Below are positions 40,789-52,818 of a DNA stretch of 64,000 nucleotides, piece after piece (position 1 is the stretch's first letter; every line of letters begins with the position of its first letter). The position numbers and the translations under genes were made by a program. The notes beneath the pieces were generated by a model, which was given only the letters and a program-made list of their open reading frames with translations, was not told the DNA's origin and did not search any database. The DNA is from Octopus sinensis (Eukaryota): the NCBI RefSeq assembly GCF_006345805.1, contig NC_043014.1, positions 15,748,001 to 15,812,000 on the forward strand, read 5' to 3'.

Positions 40789-40864
40789 AGCCAAATAACC
40801 CAATGAAGAGATGGTGGTGTGGATTTCCACCTCGGCATCCGAAACTCAGAGTTTTATCTTGGCT
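40789..40864 (+). ncRNA. Degenerate hammerhead-like motif (PLE LTR type)
   Basis: AGCCAAATAA...ATGAAGA GATG [loop] CATC CGAA ACTCAGAGT T TTATCTTGGCT; flanking stems pair, core altered. Confidence 0.4.
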
Positions 40865-40995
40865 ACCGAATAACCGTCACATATTAAATTCTTTTGTTAT
40901 CTTACCGTTTTTACCAATATATATATGTATATATTTATATATATACATACACTCACATGCATGCACGCACGCACACACACACACACATATATATA

Positions 40996-42262
40996 TTGGG
41001 TCATAAATGCAGTTTTTTCAATTGCATGAACTAAAAGTCAGAGGGGGACAGGATAAACTACCTGCATCAACTTGCTATAAAAGCAGGTAGTAGTTTTACC
41101 TCGTCCTTATTCTTAGTGCAAGTTTTGAAGAGTGCAGTTCGATTTTAACAGTTATTTTTTCACAGCTATAATGGAAGTGACAAAGTAGCATATTCAGCAT
41201 ATTTTGCTTTATGAGTTCAATAAAGGCAACCATGCAGCAGAAAGTGTGAAGAATATTAATGCAGTATATGGGGGTTGAACAATAAGTGTAAGCCAGTGTC
41301 AACAGTGGTACCAAAAATTCCAAGCTGGAAACAACAGCTTAGAAGACAATCCTCATCCTGGAAGATCTGTAGAGCTCAATATCAAGGACATCCTGCAAAA
41401 CCTGGTGAAACAAAGTTCCATTGTAACTGTTGAGGAACTAGAAGAGAAGCTTTGATTTGGTCATTCAACCATTCATTGACACCTGCATGCCATTAGAAAA
41501 GTCATCAATTGGGTTCCTCACAAACTTTCCGAGTTTAACCGCATACAGTGAGTGAATGTGTGCTCTTCTTTGTTGTCATGTCTCATGAATCAAATTTTTT
41601 TGGATCAAATGGAGACTGGTGAAGAGAAATGGGATCTCTATAAAAGTGTCAAGTGCTGAAGACAGTGAGTAGGGAAAGGAGAAACATTTGCACTCTAGGT
41701 TACAAAGGGTCTTCACCCACATAAGGTGTTGTTATTGGTTTGGTGGGATGTAAAAGGGTTAGAGCACTTTGAACTTTTAAATCCAAACCAAATGATAACA
41801 AAGGAGATCTACTGCAAGCAGCATGAGCAGATTAAGTCAGCGCTAGAAGAAAAACAAAGATCTTTGGTTTCAAGACGAAAGGTGTTCTTCCATCAGGATA
41901 ATGTTCAACCACATACAACAAGGATGACATTCCAAAGGCTGGAGCAGTTTGAATGGGAAACAATGTCCCGCCCATCATATGCGCTTGACATTGTCCTCTC
42001 TGATTATCATTTATTCTGCAGTCTTCAAAATCATTTGGATGGAAAAAATATGAATTCAGTAGACAAGGTCAGAACAGTAGTGGAGGAATATTTTTCATCA
42101 GACAAGTGAATTTTGGAAGAGGTGCCTTGCAAGAAATACCAGATAAGATAGAAGAGCATTGTAGAAAATGAAGGAGAGTATAACTTAGATTAAAAAAGAA
42201 TTTATCTTAATTTTGAAAAATAAAAGATGTATAAAAATCGCATTATTTATGGGATGACCCAA
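40996..42262 (+). mobile_element. Mariner transposon, near full length, same family as 19818-20743
   Basis: TIRs TTGGGTCAT / TGGGATGACCCAA, TA flanks. Confidence 0.92.
41171..42185 (+). pseudogene. Mariner DD34D transposase, inactivated
   Basis: TGEEKW, HQDNVQPH and DIVLSDYHLF motifs with stops and frameshifts. Confidence 0.88.
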
Positions 42263-42745
42263 TATACATACATATAGAGAGAGGGGGGAGAGAGAGAGAG
42301 TGAGAGAGAGAGGTGATTTGCCAACATTTTGATAACTGGTTTGTTTAGCTGCCCAAAATTTAACAACCAGTTCGCTAGCCATGAAATTTTTAGACACAGG
42401 TTCTGTGTAAATAATTCTGGTTTTGGCATAAGAATATCACTTCATTAATTTTAAAATAGAGTTAAATCTGGAGTCCATTGAACCTATTGATGACCAGTCA
42501 TCATCATGACTTCATGTCGACTAGCCATGCTGACATGGGTTGGATGTTTTGACAGGGCCTAACAAGATCCATCAGGTCAGTAAACCACACCTTCCGCCAG
42601 TTTTTCATTTTTGACAAGATTTCTATTGGTTCTCATTTTAAAATCATCATATTAATAATTGTGAATACGAGTGGCCAAAATGGGGTTGTCAGGTATCATT
42701 TTCAAATAGGTTTCAGTACCTTTTTTTTATCATTCCTAGAGATCC

Positions 42746-42793
<48 letters not shown>

Positions 42794-43538
42794 GCATTAG
42801 CAATTTATGATTTAGATCATGCAAAATGTATGTCTGAGCATTTGGATGCAGAGACACTACTAAGTGGTGAGGTAGCTACAGATCCTAAATAAGGCTGTTT
42901 GTTATTAAGTCCCAAGTTTGGGTCACATGATGAAGCAAGCAATTGGGCAACTTCCTGGTTTGTAGTGACTATTAGATAACTGTTAAATGAGGACAACTCT
43001 AATGCAATAAGTAGTACTCTCCTTTGCTTTTGTTAGAATTCCAACATTAAAAATTATAGAGTAGTGTTAACAATTAATACCTTAAAATTAACTAATACTG
43101 GGTTCTGTTGATGACAGTAGTATGAAAGTTCAGTCTTGTTAAGGGATATAGTAGGCTACTGTAATATGTACAGCTTTTCATGTAGTAGAGACAGCATATA
43201 TGTTCCCCAGGTGAATAGAGAAGAGACTTCTCAGGAAAGTTCCAGATTATAATGAGCAGATCATTTTTTTTTTTGGTTCCAAAGTCTCCAGGTAAAATGG
43301 AGACACATTGGTGGAGTTTTCCTTGTCCCTGAACCTGAAGGAGCATATGTGCTAAGTGGACCTTCTCTTGAAATCTTTGGCAATGCATCCCTTCAGCAAC
43401 CACTTCTCACAGTCACATGACACAACATTTATTTTTATTTGCCCACCAATGTGTGTGTTGTGTGTGTGTGTCTGCCTGTGTGTCACTTGTGTACAACACA
43501 CATGCAGACACAAAGGCTTAAACAGAATTTAACTATAT

Positions 43539-43925
43539 AGGCGCAGGAGTGGCTGTGTGGTAAGTAGCTTGCTTACCAACCACATGGTTCTGGGTTCAGT
43601 CCCACTGCGTGGCACCTTGGGCAAGTGTCTTCTGCTATAGCCTCGGGCCGACCAATGCCTTGTGAGTGGATTTGGTAGACGGAAACTGAAAGAAGCCTGT
43701 CATATATATGTATGTGTATGTCTGTGTTTGTCCCCCTAGCATTGCTTGACAACCGATGCTGGTGTGTTTACATCCCTGTCACTTAGCGGTTCGGCAAAAA
43801 GAGATTGATAGAATAAGTACTGGGCTTACAAAAGAATAAGTCCCGGGGTCGATTTGCTCGACTAAAGGCGGTGCTCCAGCATGGCCACAGTCAAATGACT
43901 GAAACAAGTAAAAGAATTAAAGAAT
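43539..43925 (+). mobile_element. SINE family A, full length
   Basis: AGGCGCAGGAGTGGCTGTGTGGTAAG head through the AAAGA tail. Confidence 0.92.
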
Positions 43926-43964
43926 ATATAGATACAGTTAGACATATGGGTAAATAGAGAAAGA

Positions 43965-44185
43965 AACAGCCACATGGTTTATAAGATTCTACATAATCAC
44001 TGGACTTTCTAGAAACAACAGTTAAATCTACCTCAAATCATACTCTTTAAAAAATGGAATATCACATCAGATAATTTCATCCTAGATATACTATGCCTCA
44101 ACAGAGTGGTCACAGTTTTAATGTGTTGGATGATAGGCCTTTTCAGTCAGGGCTGAAGTAGATCCAAACAATCACTGTTGGCTTG
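43965..44185 (+). mobile_element. Family C repeat, degenerate
   Basis: CTAGAAACAACAGTTAAATCTACCTCAAATCA resembles the family C core. Confidence 0.5.
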
Positions 44186-44667
44186 ACCTTACAAAAATTT
44201 TCTCTCTTTTTCATCTGTCAATGGACTAATCAATGAAACATCAGACACACACTTTCTTTTACACACTTACAGAGTAAAACTAATAACAAAATATTGTGTA
44301 CACTTGTTTGCTATATTTTGTTGGTTTGTCTCCAATGCTTTTCCACTGGATTACTGAGAGAAATAGACAAACATTGTATAAAAATAAACATAAAGAACAT
44401 GGACGACAGAGCAAGAGATAAAGTAATAAAGACTGGGTATAGCAAAAGACCAAGATGTCAACATACAATAACAAAAGACTCAGTCAGCCCCATTTTTCTT
44501 TTATCCTACAATTCGACCAATTTGCTGCAATACATGCAAACAGACAAGCATACATCAATATATACAAGAGTGTGCATATATATATATATATATTTTATGT
44601 ATGTATGTATTTATAAATGTTTATGCAAGTATATGTATAAATATATTTATGATTTATATATATATAT

Positions 44668-44708
44668 ACTAGCATTATGACCTGTTGTTGCTGGGTCATA
44701 GTGCTAGT
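44668..44708. repeat. 41-bp hairpin, Helentron-like terminal remnant
   Basis: ACTAGCATTATGACC ... GGTCATAGTGCTAGT (one mismatch). Confidence 0.6.
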
Positions 44709-45183
44709 GCATGTTATATGTGTATATATATGTGTTACATTACATGTACATTAATATAATACATCTACACATAAAATACAAAATACAAGTTATATCTTGA
44801 TTATCGCTAGTGATAACAATACTCAAAATATATAACAGACTGGAATTGTAAGCCCGTCTCTTGCAATTTTGATCAATTGTATCTTGTCCTCCCTCTTGTA
44901 TAGAAGTGTGGTTACAATCCAGCCTACCTCTACTACTCGGGGGGGAGGACATTTTTAATTTTTATCCGGGACGTCCTACGTTCCAGATATAAAGGTAAAA
45001 ATAAAATATTTCCACTTTGCAAGTTCAAGTCGAGTACTCTCTTGCATGCTCCGTTGACTCGAACCTTGCTTCCATTGTGGCAAATTTACCGCCTCTGGTT
45101 AGATATCTTTCATAGTCGCACCAAGACACTTTTCAATGGTGCTTTCTTCCAGGTGTTCAAATCTTTTTTCTCTGCATTGTATA

Positions 45184-45283
45184 NNNNNNNNNNNNNNNNN
45201 NNNNNNNNNNNNNNNNNNNNNNNNNNNNNNNNNNNNNNNNNNNNNNNNNNNNNNNNNNNNNNNNNNNNNNNNNNNNNNNNNNN
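45184..45283. other. Assembly gap (100 N)
   Basis: Run of N. Confidence 1.
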
Positions 45284-45497
45284 ACAATTGTTTCATTAAG
45301 AGTCTTTATTGTGATGTAAACATGGTAGAGTCAGTTATGCAATATGTACAATATCCATATGATTATGCAACTCCCAACTCATCAGGTTTACCAAATATAC
45401 AAGCGAGCAGTGACATGCTGATAAATCAACAGTTCAGCAATTAGTGAAATTTCTCATCAGAATTACCAAGTTTCAAGAAATGTACAAATATATATAT

Positions 45498-45904
45498 AGG
45501 AGTGGCTGTGTGGTAAGTAGCTTGTTTACCAACCACATGGTTCCGGGTTCAGTCCGACTGCGTGGCACCTTGGGCAAGTGTCTTCTACTATAGCCTCGGG
45601 CCGACCAAAGCCTTGTGGGTGGATTTGGTAGACAGAAACTGAAAGAAGCCCGTCGTATATATGTATATATATATATATATATATGCGTGTGTGTGTTTGT
45701 GTGTCTGTGTTTGTCCCCCTAGCATTGCTTGACAACCAATGCTGGTGTGTTTATGTCTCCGTTACTTAGCGGTTCAGCAAAAGAGACCGATAGAATGAGT
45801 ACTGGGCTTACAAAAGAATAAGTCCCGCAGTCGAGTTGCTCGATTAAAGGCGGTGCTCCAGCATGGCCACAGTCAGATGACTGAAACAAGTAAAAGAGTA
45901 AAAG

Positions 45905-45905
<1 letters not shown>
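45498..45905 (+). mobile_element. SINE family A, full length
   Basis: Complete head, central microsatellite and tail. Confidence 0.92.
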
Positions 45906-45935
<30 letters not shown>

Positions 45936-46084
45936 TATATACACATACATAAGTGTATATATACATGCATACATATATATACATATACAAACACACACAC
46001 ACACACACATACACATATATATACATACACACACATGCATACAGGCACACACACGCACACACACACAATGTGTGTGTATACCTA

Positions 46085-46900
46085 TATGATATCATCATTA
46101 TCGTTTAACATCCATGTTGCATGTTGGCTTGGATTGTATGGTTCGATCCAATGGGTCTGAGGATTGTATTCTGTTCCAGTATCTGTTTCGGCATGGTTTC
46201 TACAACTGGATGCCCTTCTTAATGTCAACCACTTTACAGAGTGTACTGGAGGCTTCTTTTGTAGCACCAGCACTAGAGAGGATGTCATGTAGCTTACAAA
46301 ACTAAGATCATGTTTGACTAAGTGAGGTGTCTTAATGCCAGGAGGTGAGAGATTTAAAATATGAGAGAAGGGGCCAGGACAGAACAGGTTTCTTCCTGAT
46401 GAGGTGTCAAAGTGGACCCTCAATGTACAAGGTGAATAGTTATGGGGACAGCAGAACAGGGTGTGTGTGGGGGGGGGGGTTAGCAATTGTAAGGCAACAT
46501 AGGAGATTGAGAGATGGTGAGAGATGGAGAATGGGTCAGGAGATGAATGTAATGAATGAAGAACAAGTGTTAAGGGATGATAAGTAGGAAAGAGTAGAGA
46601 AGTGTAGGTAACACTGTAAAGATAAGGTTGAAGGAATGGATGTAGTGACTGATGGATATGGGGTGGGAATGACCTATGTTACATGAGTTGGGGCAAGGAA
46701 GTGGAGGATAGGAGAAAAAGGGAGGTGAACAGAAGAATAGTAATAATGATACAGTTAAGACGGGAAGGATGAAGAGATTAAGAAAAAAAGAGAGAAAGAA
46801 CGAGTTGGTGTGAGGTTGTAAGAGTTTGGAGCAGCATAATGAATTGAAGCAGGGGAGATGTATAGTAGTAGAGAAGAGATAATTTGGTGGCTCAGGAGAA
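46085..46900 (-). mobile_element. Long non-autonomous element with RTE-type tail
   Basis: RTE tail at 46090-46320 followed by a purine-rich body related to 7790-8370. Confidence 0.5.
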
Positions 46901-47549
46901 TGATCAATGTAAAATGTGGGTGGAGAGGATAGTATTAAGAATGGAAAATAGAGAACAAGGGAAATGGTTCCGGGTGATAAGAAAAATAAGTAGTATAATG
47001 GAAAACATAATAAAGTATGCAGTTCTACTCATATTTATTTACAGCAGCAAAATTGTACAGTTAGAGGGATGATGGGTGGTGGGAATGACTTGTGGACAGA
47101 GTGAGGGTGGCAGTTGTGCATATATGTGTACATATATATGTAAACACACACGTCATCATCATCATTATCATTTAGCATCCGTTTTCCATGCTGGCATGGA
47201 TTAGACAGTTTGACTGGAACTGGTAAGCCAGAGAGCTGCACCAGGCTCCCGTCCACTTTGGCTTGGTTTCTACAGCTGGATCCCCTATATTTACTGGATA
47301 GCCATATTTACTCAACTAAAAGTGGACATTAAATGATGATGATCTCATTTGATGCCTTAGCAATTCCACAACATAATTAACCTGGACTGATACTTTATTT
47401 TATTGACCCGAAAAGGATAAAAGGCAAAGTTAACTTCAGCAGGATTTGAACTCAGGATACAGAGAGCCAGAAGAAGTACCACAAGGCATCCTGCCCAATA
47501 TGTAAACAGCTCTACCTAAGAATTCATGATGGTTTCTTCTGACCTGAAG

Positions 47550-48045
47550 CAAGGACCACATTTCAAAATGAAAATATCTTTCTTTTCTGAATCATTAAAA
47601 GCAAGTGCACCATCCTCCATGCAGACACATTTCTCTCCTGTGACATCACAATTTTCTCTCATGCACTGTCTAGCAATCCGAAATACCTCAGTTCTTTGGC
47701 CCTCACATCACTGGACATTGGCAAACTTCTTCTTTTCTGCTTCACCCTTGGCTATGTATACCTATTTCTTTACTACCCACAAGGGGCTAAACACAGAGGG
47801 GACAAACAAGGACAGACAAATGGATTAAGTCGATTACATCTACTCCAGTGCGTAACTGGTACTTAATTTATCGACCCCGAAAGGATGAAAGGCAAAGTCG
47901 ACCTTGGCAGAATTTGAACTCAGAACGTAACGGCAGACGAAATACAGCTACGCATTTCACTCGGTGTGCTAACGTTTCTGCCAGCTCGCCACCTTGTATA
48001 CCTGTCGCCTAGCCTCCCTCTCGTACAGTTCCCTGCTACTGTACC
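47550..48045 (-). pseudogene. RTE-clade LINE ORF2 fragment interrupted by a SINE
   Basis: REARRQVYIAKGEAEKKKFANVQ*...EVFRIARQCMRENCDVTGEKCVCMEDGALA. Confidence 0.7.
47764..47994 (-). mobile_element. SINE family B, full length
   Basis: 9-bp TSD TGTATACCT at 47755-47763 and 47995-48003. Confidence 0.92.
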
Positions 48046-48164
48046 CTGCCACTCCTTGACAACTAGTGTTGGTGTGTTTATGTCCCCATAACTTAGCAGT
48101 TCAGCAAAAGGTGCCAATAGAATAAGTATCAGGCTTATAAAAAAAAAGTACTGGGGTTGATTCA

Positions 48165-48500
48165 TCATCATCATCGTTTAACGTCTGCTTTCCATGCTAG
48201 CATGGGTTGGACGATTTGATTGAGGACTGGCAAACCAGATGGCTGCACCAGGCTCCAATCTGATCTGGCAGAGTTTCTACAGCTGGATGCCTTTCCTAAC
48301 GCCAACCACTCTGAGAGTGTAGTGGGTGCTTTTAAGTGTCACTGACACGATGGCCAGGTGGTACTGGCAACAGCCACGCTCAAGTGGTGTTTTTTACGTG
48401 CCACCTGCGCAGGAGTCAGTCCAGTGGCACTGGCAATGACCTCGCTCGAATGTTTTTCATGTGCCAGTAAGGCGACGCTTGTAACTATCATGGTTGAATG
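48165..48500 (-). mobile_element. RTE-type 3' tail
   Basis: (CAT)n CGTTTAACGTCTGCTTTCCATGCTAGCATGGG... Confidence 0.75.
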
Positions 48501-48519
48501 GTGCCTGGACACAGTCTAA

Positions 48520-49070
48520 AGACTGAAAAAAGTAAAAGATAAAAACTTTGTCTTTCTTTATTGAAAATGGAAAAAAAGAGTAAAGATGGAAAGAAAGAGT
48601 AAAGAGGATTTTGAAAGCAAACTGGAGAGAGTTTGGAAAGGAAGAAGTAAATTAAGAGATTAGACAGGAAATTTAAAGAGATTAGAGAGACAAGCGTAAG
48701 GAAAGCGAGACGACAAAGGAAGATGGAGAGAGAGAGAGAGAAAGAGAGAGAGAATAGACAGAAGAATGAAAAACAAGGATTAGAAAAGGGAGACGCAGAG
48801 AGAGAGGGATGAAAGGAGGACGGAGATGAAGAAAAAAAAACAAAAGGAAAGATTAGGAAAACAGAAAAGAGAAAATAAAAAGGAAGATGGAAAGATTACA
48901 AAGGAAAACCGAAAGAGAAAGGAGTTTTAGAAACGAAAACAGGAAGAGAAATTTCAAAGACAGGAAGAAGGAAAGAGAGATTAGAACGGAAGAAAGGGAG
49001 AGAAATTAGTTAGGAAGACGCAAAGAGAAAGAAAAACTGGAAGAAGGAAAGCAGAGGGAAAACCTGATAA
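48520..49070. repeat. About 550-bp low-complexity purine (GA) tract
   Basis: Almost only A/G on the plus strand. Confidence 0.85.
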
Positions 49071-49079
49071 ATAGTGATT

Positions 49080-49360
49080 GTTACATTATTAGCACGGAGA
49101 GTATTTTTTGAAGCCAACAAGTTTTGCTGACCAATCGTTTACGGCAATAAAACAATAGCCGCCTACAAATTTCAACAATAGCTATAGTAACAACAAAAGC
49201 TTTATCAATAGTCGTTAACATCAACATCAACAGTAGTAGTAGTGGTAGTAGCAGAAGCACAACAGTTCTAATCTTTGCGAATAAACAAGAAATTAGCCAT
49301 ATCAACAGGAGGAAAAAAGACAACAAAAAAAGGGAAGAAAAAAAACGCCATAGCAACAAC
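49080..49360. promoter_or_regulatory. Promoter/enhancer-like segment
   Basis: GACCAATCG (CCAAT at 49131), RFX-like GCTATAGTAAC (49181) and GCCATAGCAAC (49347), CpGs retained. Confidence 0.3.
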
Positions 49361-49604
49361 TGTCAAACCTCCATCGTCGTTATCATCATCATCACCATTA
49401 TCACCATCATCAATAGTAATGATTATTAATGATGACAGTGGTGGTAGTGAGTAATAACAATAACAAATTAGGCCAGCAATATTGTCGTCACTTAACGTGG
49501 TCGAACCAACAAGAAGTAGGAACGAAATCTCCCTCAGATTACACGCCACCGTCTTTCAAAAAGAAAGCCTATTTTCGATATTCTTGTCTTAGATTCAGTA
49601 TCTT

Positions 49605-50100
49605 TTATATTTTACTTGTTTTAGTCATTTAACTCCGGCCATGCTGGGGCGCCGCCCTGGGGAATTTTAGTCGAACGAATCGACCCCAGTACTTACTTTC
49701 TTTCCTTTTATAGCCTATTCTATTGGTCTGTTTTGCTGAACTGCTAAGTTACGAGGACATTAGTAACACCAACACCGATTGGGGCAAACACAGACACAAA
49801 GAACGAATACACATAGATGTTTGTAAATTTCAAGAAAAAATAATTATCCTTTCTACTATAGGCATTTTGAGAAGAGGGCTAGTCTATTAAATCGACCCCA
49901 GTGTTCAACTAGTCTTTATTTCATCGAACCCGAAAGGATGAAAGGCAAAGTCGACCTCAGCGGAATTTGAACTCAGAGTGTAAAGATTCTGCCAGCTCGT
50001 AGCTTTAAAAATAATAACGATAGTAATACTTTACTACTGTAGACACAAGGCCTGAAATTTTGGTGGAGAGGGCTAGGCGATTACACCAGCCCCAGAGCTT
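49605..50100 (-). mobile_element. Family A tail and family B fragments
   Basis: Family motifs. Confidence 0.7.
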
Positions 50101-50115
50101 TACAACAACAACAAC

Positions 50116-50163
<48 letters not shown>

Positions 50164-50394
50164 CGTCGTGGTGGTGGTGGTGGTGGTAGTAGTAGTAGTA
50201 GTAGTAATAATCTTTTCTTTATTAAACCACCTAGGATTCATATAAAAGATTTGGTGGAGTAAAGGACAATACGAATCAAAAAAAGTGGGATTGAAGCGTG
50301 TGAAAACAAAATAATGAAAATTACAACAATTAAAATCCCCAAAAGAAAGAGACTTGCAATGGCTGCTCATGGAAACCCCGCAAAAACGACAATC

Positions 50395-50757
50395 GCCTCT
50401 AGGGCAAGTGCCGTTTCCTTATCATTTACACTTGATCTAGAGGCGCCTGCTTAGAGTGTGTTCACTCGGGCCATTCGCGCTAGATTTACCTATGTTTTAA
50501 CAAAATTACTGGGAGGCAACACTTCCCTCTCTTTCCTTGAAACAGTTGATGAGGACTTGGCCAAAGAGGAAAGTATCTGTCTCCAGCCCTTTCAACCTGG
50601 TCCACCACACAGCCTCTTTCGTTAACGCAACCAAACAAAGAAACACTTGTTGCCCTTCCCGGCCGAAGGAAGGCAGTGGGATGATCCTCACGATAGACTC
50701 AGCCGATAGCCGAATCCGTCCTACACGCGACAGCATATGTTCAACATAAACCCACAA
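50395..50757 (-). pseudogene. Tx1/L1-type LINE ORF2 C-terminal fragment
   Basis: VGRIRLSAESIV...LCLVALTKEAVWWTRLKGLETDTFL...VNLARMARVN; family recognised from memory. Confidence 0.6.
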
Positions 50758-51077
50758 GTCAGCAAGACATTGTATGAAGTGGTTTTACAGAATATCGACT
50801 GATCATTAGTTCGTTAAGTCAGGAACAAAGAAAACAAATCTGTTACCAATCACAATCGCCTCCACAGCTCTTAAAGATAAAAACTACAATCACAACAGCC
50901 ACGCAATGTCTGACAAGATGAACAAACTAAATCGTTTATATGAAAAGGTTTAAAACTCCTCTCCGATTGGCGGCTGCGGTGATCCTTCATGCTAAAGCCG
51001 TCAACACAAATATGAACAGAAACCAGAACAGAATACAATACCAACTCAAATGTCAGATTTTTACAAAACAAACGCAG

Positions 51078-51445
51078 ATACGGCTGTGAGGTTAAGAAGA
51101 TCGCTGTGCAGCCACGTGGTCTTGGGTTCAGTCCCACGATGCGGCATCTTGGGAAAGTGTCGTCTTCTACTATAACCCAGATTAATGTCTTGTGAATGAA
51201 TCAAGTAGAAAAAAAACTATGTGGAAGCCCGTTGTATACATGTGTGTGTGGGTGGGGGGTGCCATATCCTTTGACAACCGGTGTTGCTTTGTTTATGTCA
51301 AGTAACTTAGCTGTTTACCGTTTCGGCAAAAGAGACCGATAGATTAAGTACCAGACTTTAAAAAAAAATTAGTGCTGAAGTTGAACTGTTCAAAGCTCCA
51401 GCATGGTCGCACTCCAATGACTGAAACCGGTAAAAGATAAAAGAT
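51078..51445 (+). mobile_element. SINE family A, degenerate
   Basis: Family motifs. Confidence 0.75.
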
Positions 51446-51520
51446 GCTTCGACAATTAAGTTATCCAACATAAAACCATTGCTCAATGTACCTAAGTATA
51501 AATATAATCAAGAATAAGTA

Positions 51521-52066
51521 CGAGGTCTGATCAAAAAGTAACTGGGCTGTTGCTATGGTAATGGATTTAAAGAACGCCACTTGTCGCAGATTGACCTTGA
51601 ACTCTGTCGTGCGTGCACACTAAATTATAACATTCTCGCTCACTTCCGTTGTTTATAGCTGTGCTTAGGAGTAGAGTGTGTAGAATGTATTTATCTCGAA
51701 AAGAAGATCGGGTTTCAGCTGTACGGGATCTCTTTGATTGCATCGAGGAAGAAGAAAGCCTTTTGAAAATTGTCCTAATAGGTGACGAATCGTGGGTTTA
51801 TAGCTATGGCCCTGAAACCAAGGCAAAAATCAAATCCCACTTGAAAGGAACAAGATTTCAATATACGGAAGAAATCCAAGAGAATGCGACGAAGCAACTA
51901 TTCGCTATCCCACCAAAAATGAAGTTCCATGAATGCTTCCATCAATGGAAACGACGCTGGATAAAGTGTGTGGCTTCAGAAGGGGACGACTTCGAATCAG
52001 TTTAAATGCTGAATTGATAGTTTTCTTTTTGTAGCACCACTCCTGATACTTTTTGATCAAACTTCG
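51521..52066 (+). mobile_element. Second mariner family, internally deleted
   Basis: TIRs CGAGGTCTGATCAAAAAGTA / TACTTTTTGATCAAACTTCG, TA flanks; GDESWVYSYGPETK fused to WKRRWIKCVASEGDDFE. Confidence 0.88.
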
Positions 52067-52287
52067 TATTGTTTGATTCAATATGGTAGTGACTTCAACA
52101 GATTCTTCCTTTGGCAAAGAAGCACGAAATCCTGACTAACCCTCAAAAATAATTTGAAGTCCCTGTTATATACACACTGTCCCCATTAGACACGCACGCA
52201 CATATTTTGCTTGAAGAAGTATGCATGTCAAATTAATGGACAACCCTAGGGTCCCTGGATATTATAAATAATATCTAATAATATCCT

Positions 52288-52346
52288 ATGGATGTGATGA
52301 GGTAATCCCATAAAAATGCAGGTCATGCCGAAACGTATGTAGCCAT
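52288..52346 (+). ncRNA. Degenerate hammerhead-like motif
   Basis: ATGG..gTGATGA GGTA [loop] TGCC GAA ACGT A TGTAGCCAT. Confidence 0.45.
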
Positions 52347-52479
52347 GCATTAATAAATATTAAAAATCTCCATCTGTGAAATATTTCTCGCTAATTGATA
52401 TAGTTATCCTGCGCAACACAGAGTACTGTATACATAACGATCCCATACAGTTAAGTCGGCAGATTGGGAAAAATATACG

Positions 52480-52494
52480 GTTGCTAGTAGCAAC
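52480..52494. promoter_or_regulatory. RFX X-box-like inverted half-sites
   Basis: GTTGCT AGT AGCAAC. Confidence 0.35.
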
Positions 52495-52501
52495 AAGTAG
52501 C

Positions 52502-52525
52502 ATGGGAGCTTTTATGAGCGCACTG
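52502..52525 (+). CDS. Candidate ATG mini-exon MGAFMSAL
   Basis: AGCATGG Kozak context, CTG|GTAAGT donor; could be a host first exon or a PLE mini-exon. Confidence 0.3.
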
Positions 52526-52607
52526 GTAAGTATCTGCTATATATAAAATACAGATATATATATATATATATATACAAAATACAGATATATATATATATAC
52601 AAAATAC

Positions 52608-52656
<49 letters not shown>

Positions 52657-52818
52657 AAATTTAGAGGACTGACCACTAAAGTGGACAGCCTATATGCTAA
52701 ACATAGACGTCAAATCGCCATTACCACGAAGAATGTGTTCTCAAGAAAAATCTCAGCAAAAAACAAAATGTAAAAATAAGCAAGACAAATGAAAATATAC
52801 GAAATAAATAACGATTAC

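Noticed and set aside
43092-43403. 103-aa ORF in unique-looking sequence
   Set aside because: No recognisable motif, runs through a poly(A) tract, no consistent splice sites.
44273-44680. Open frame after a TTACAG acceptor
   Set aside because: Runs into microsatellite, no donor, no homology recognised.
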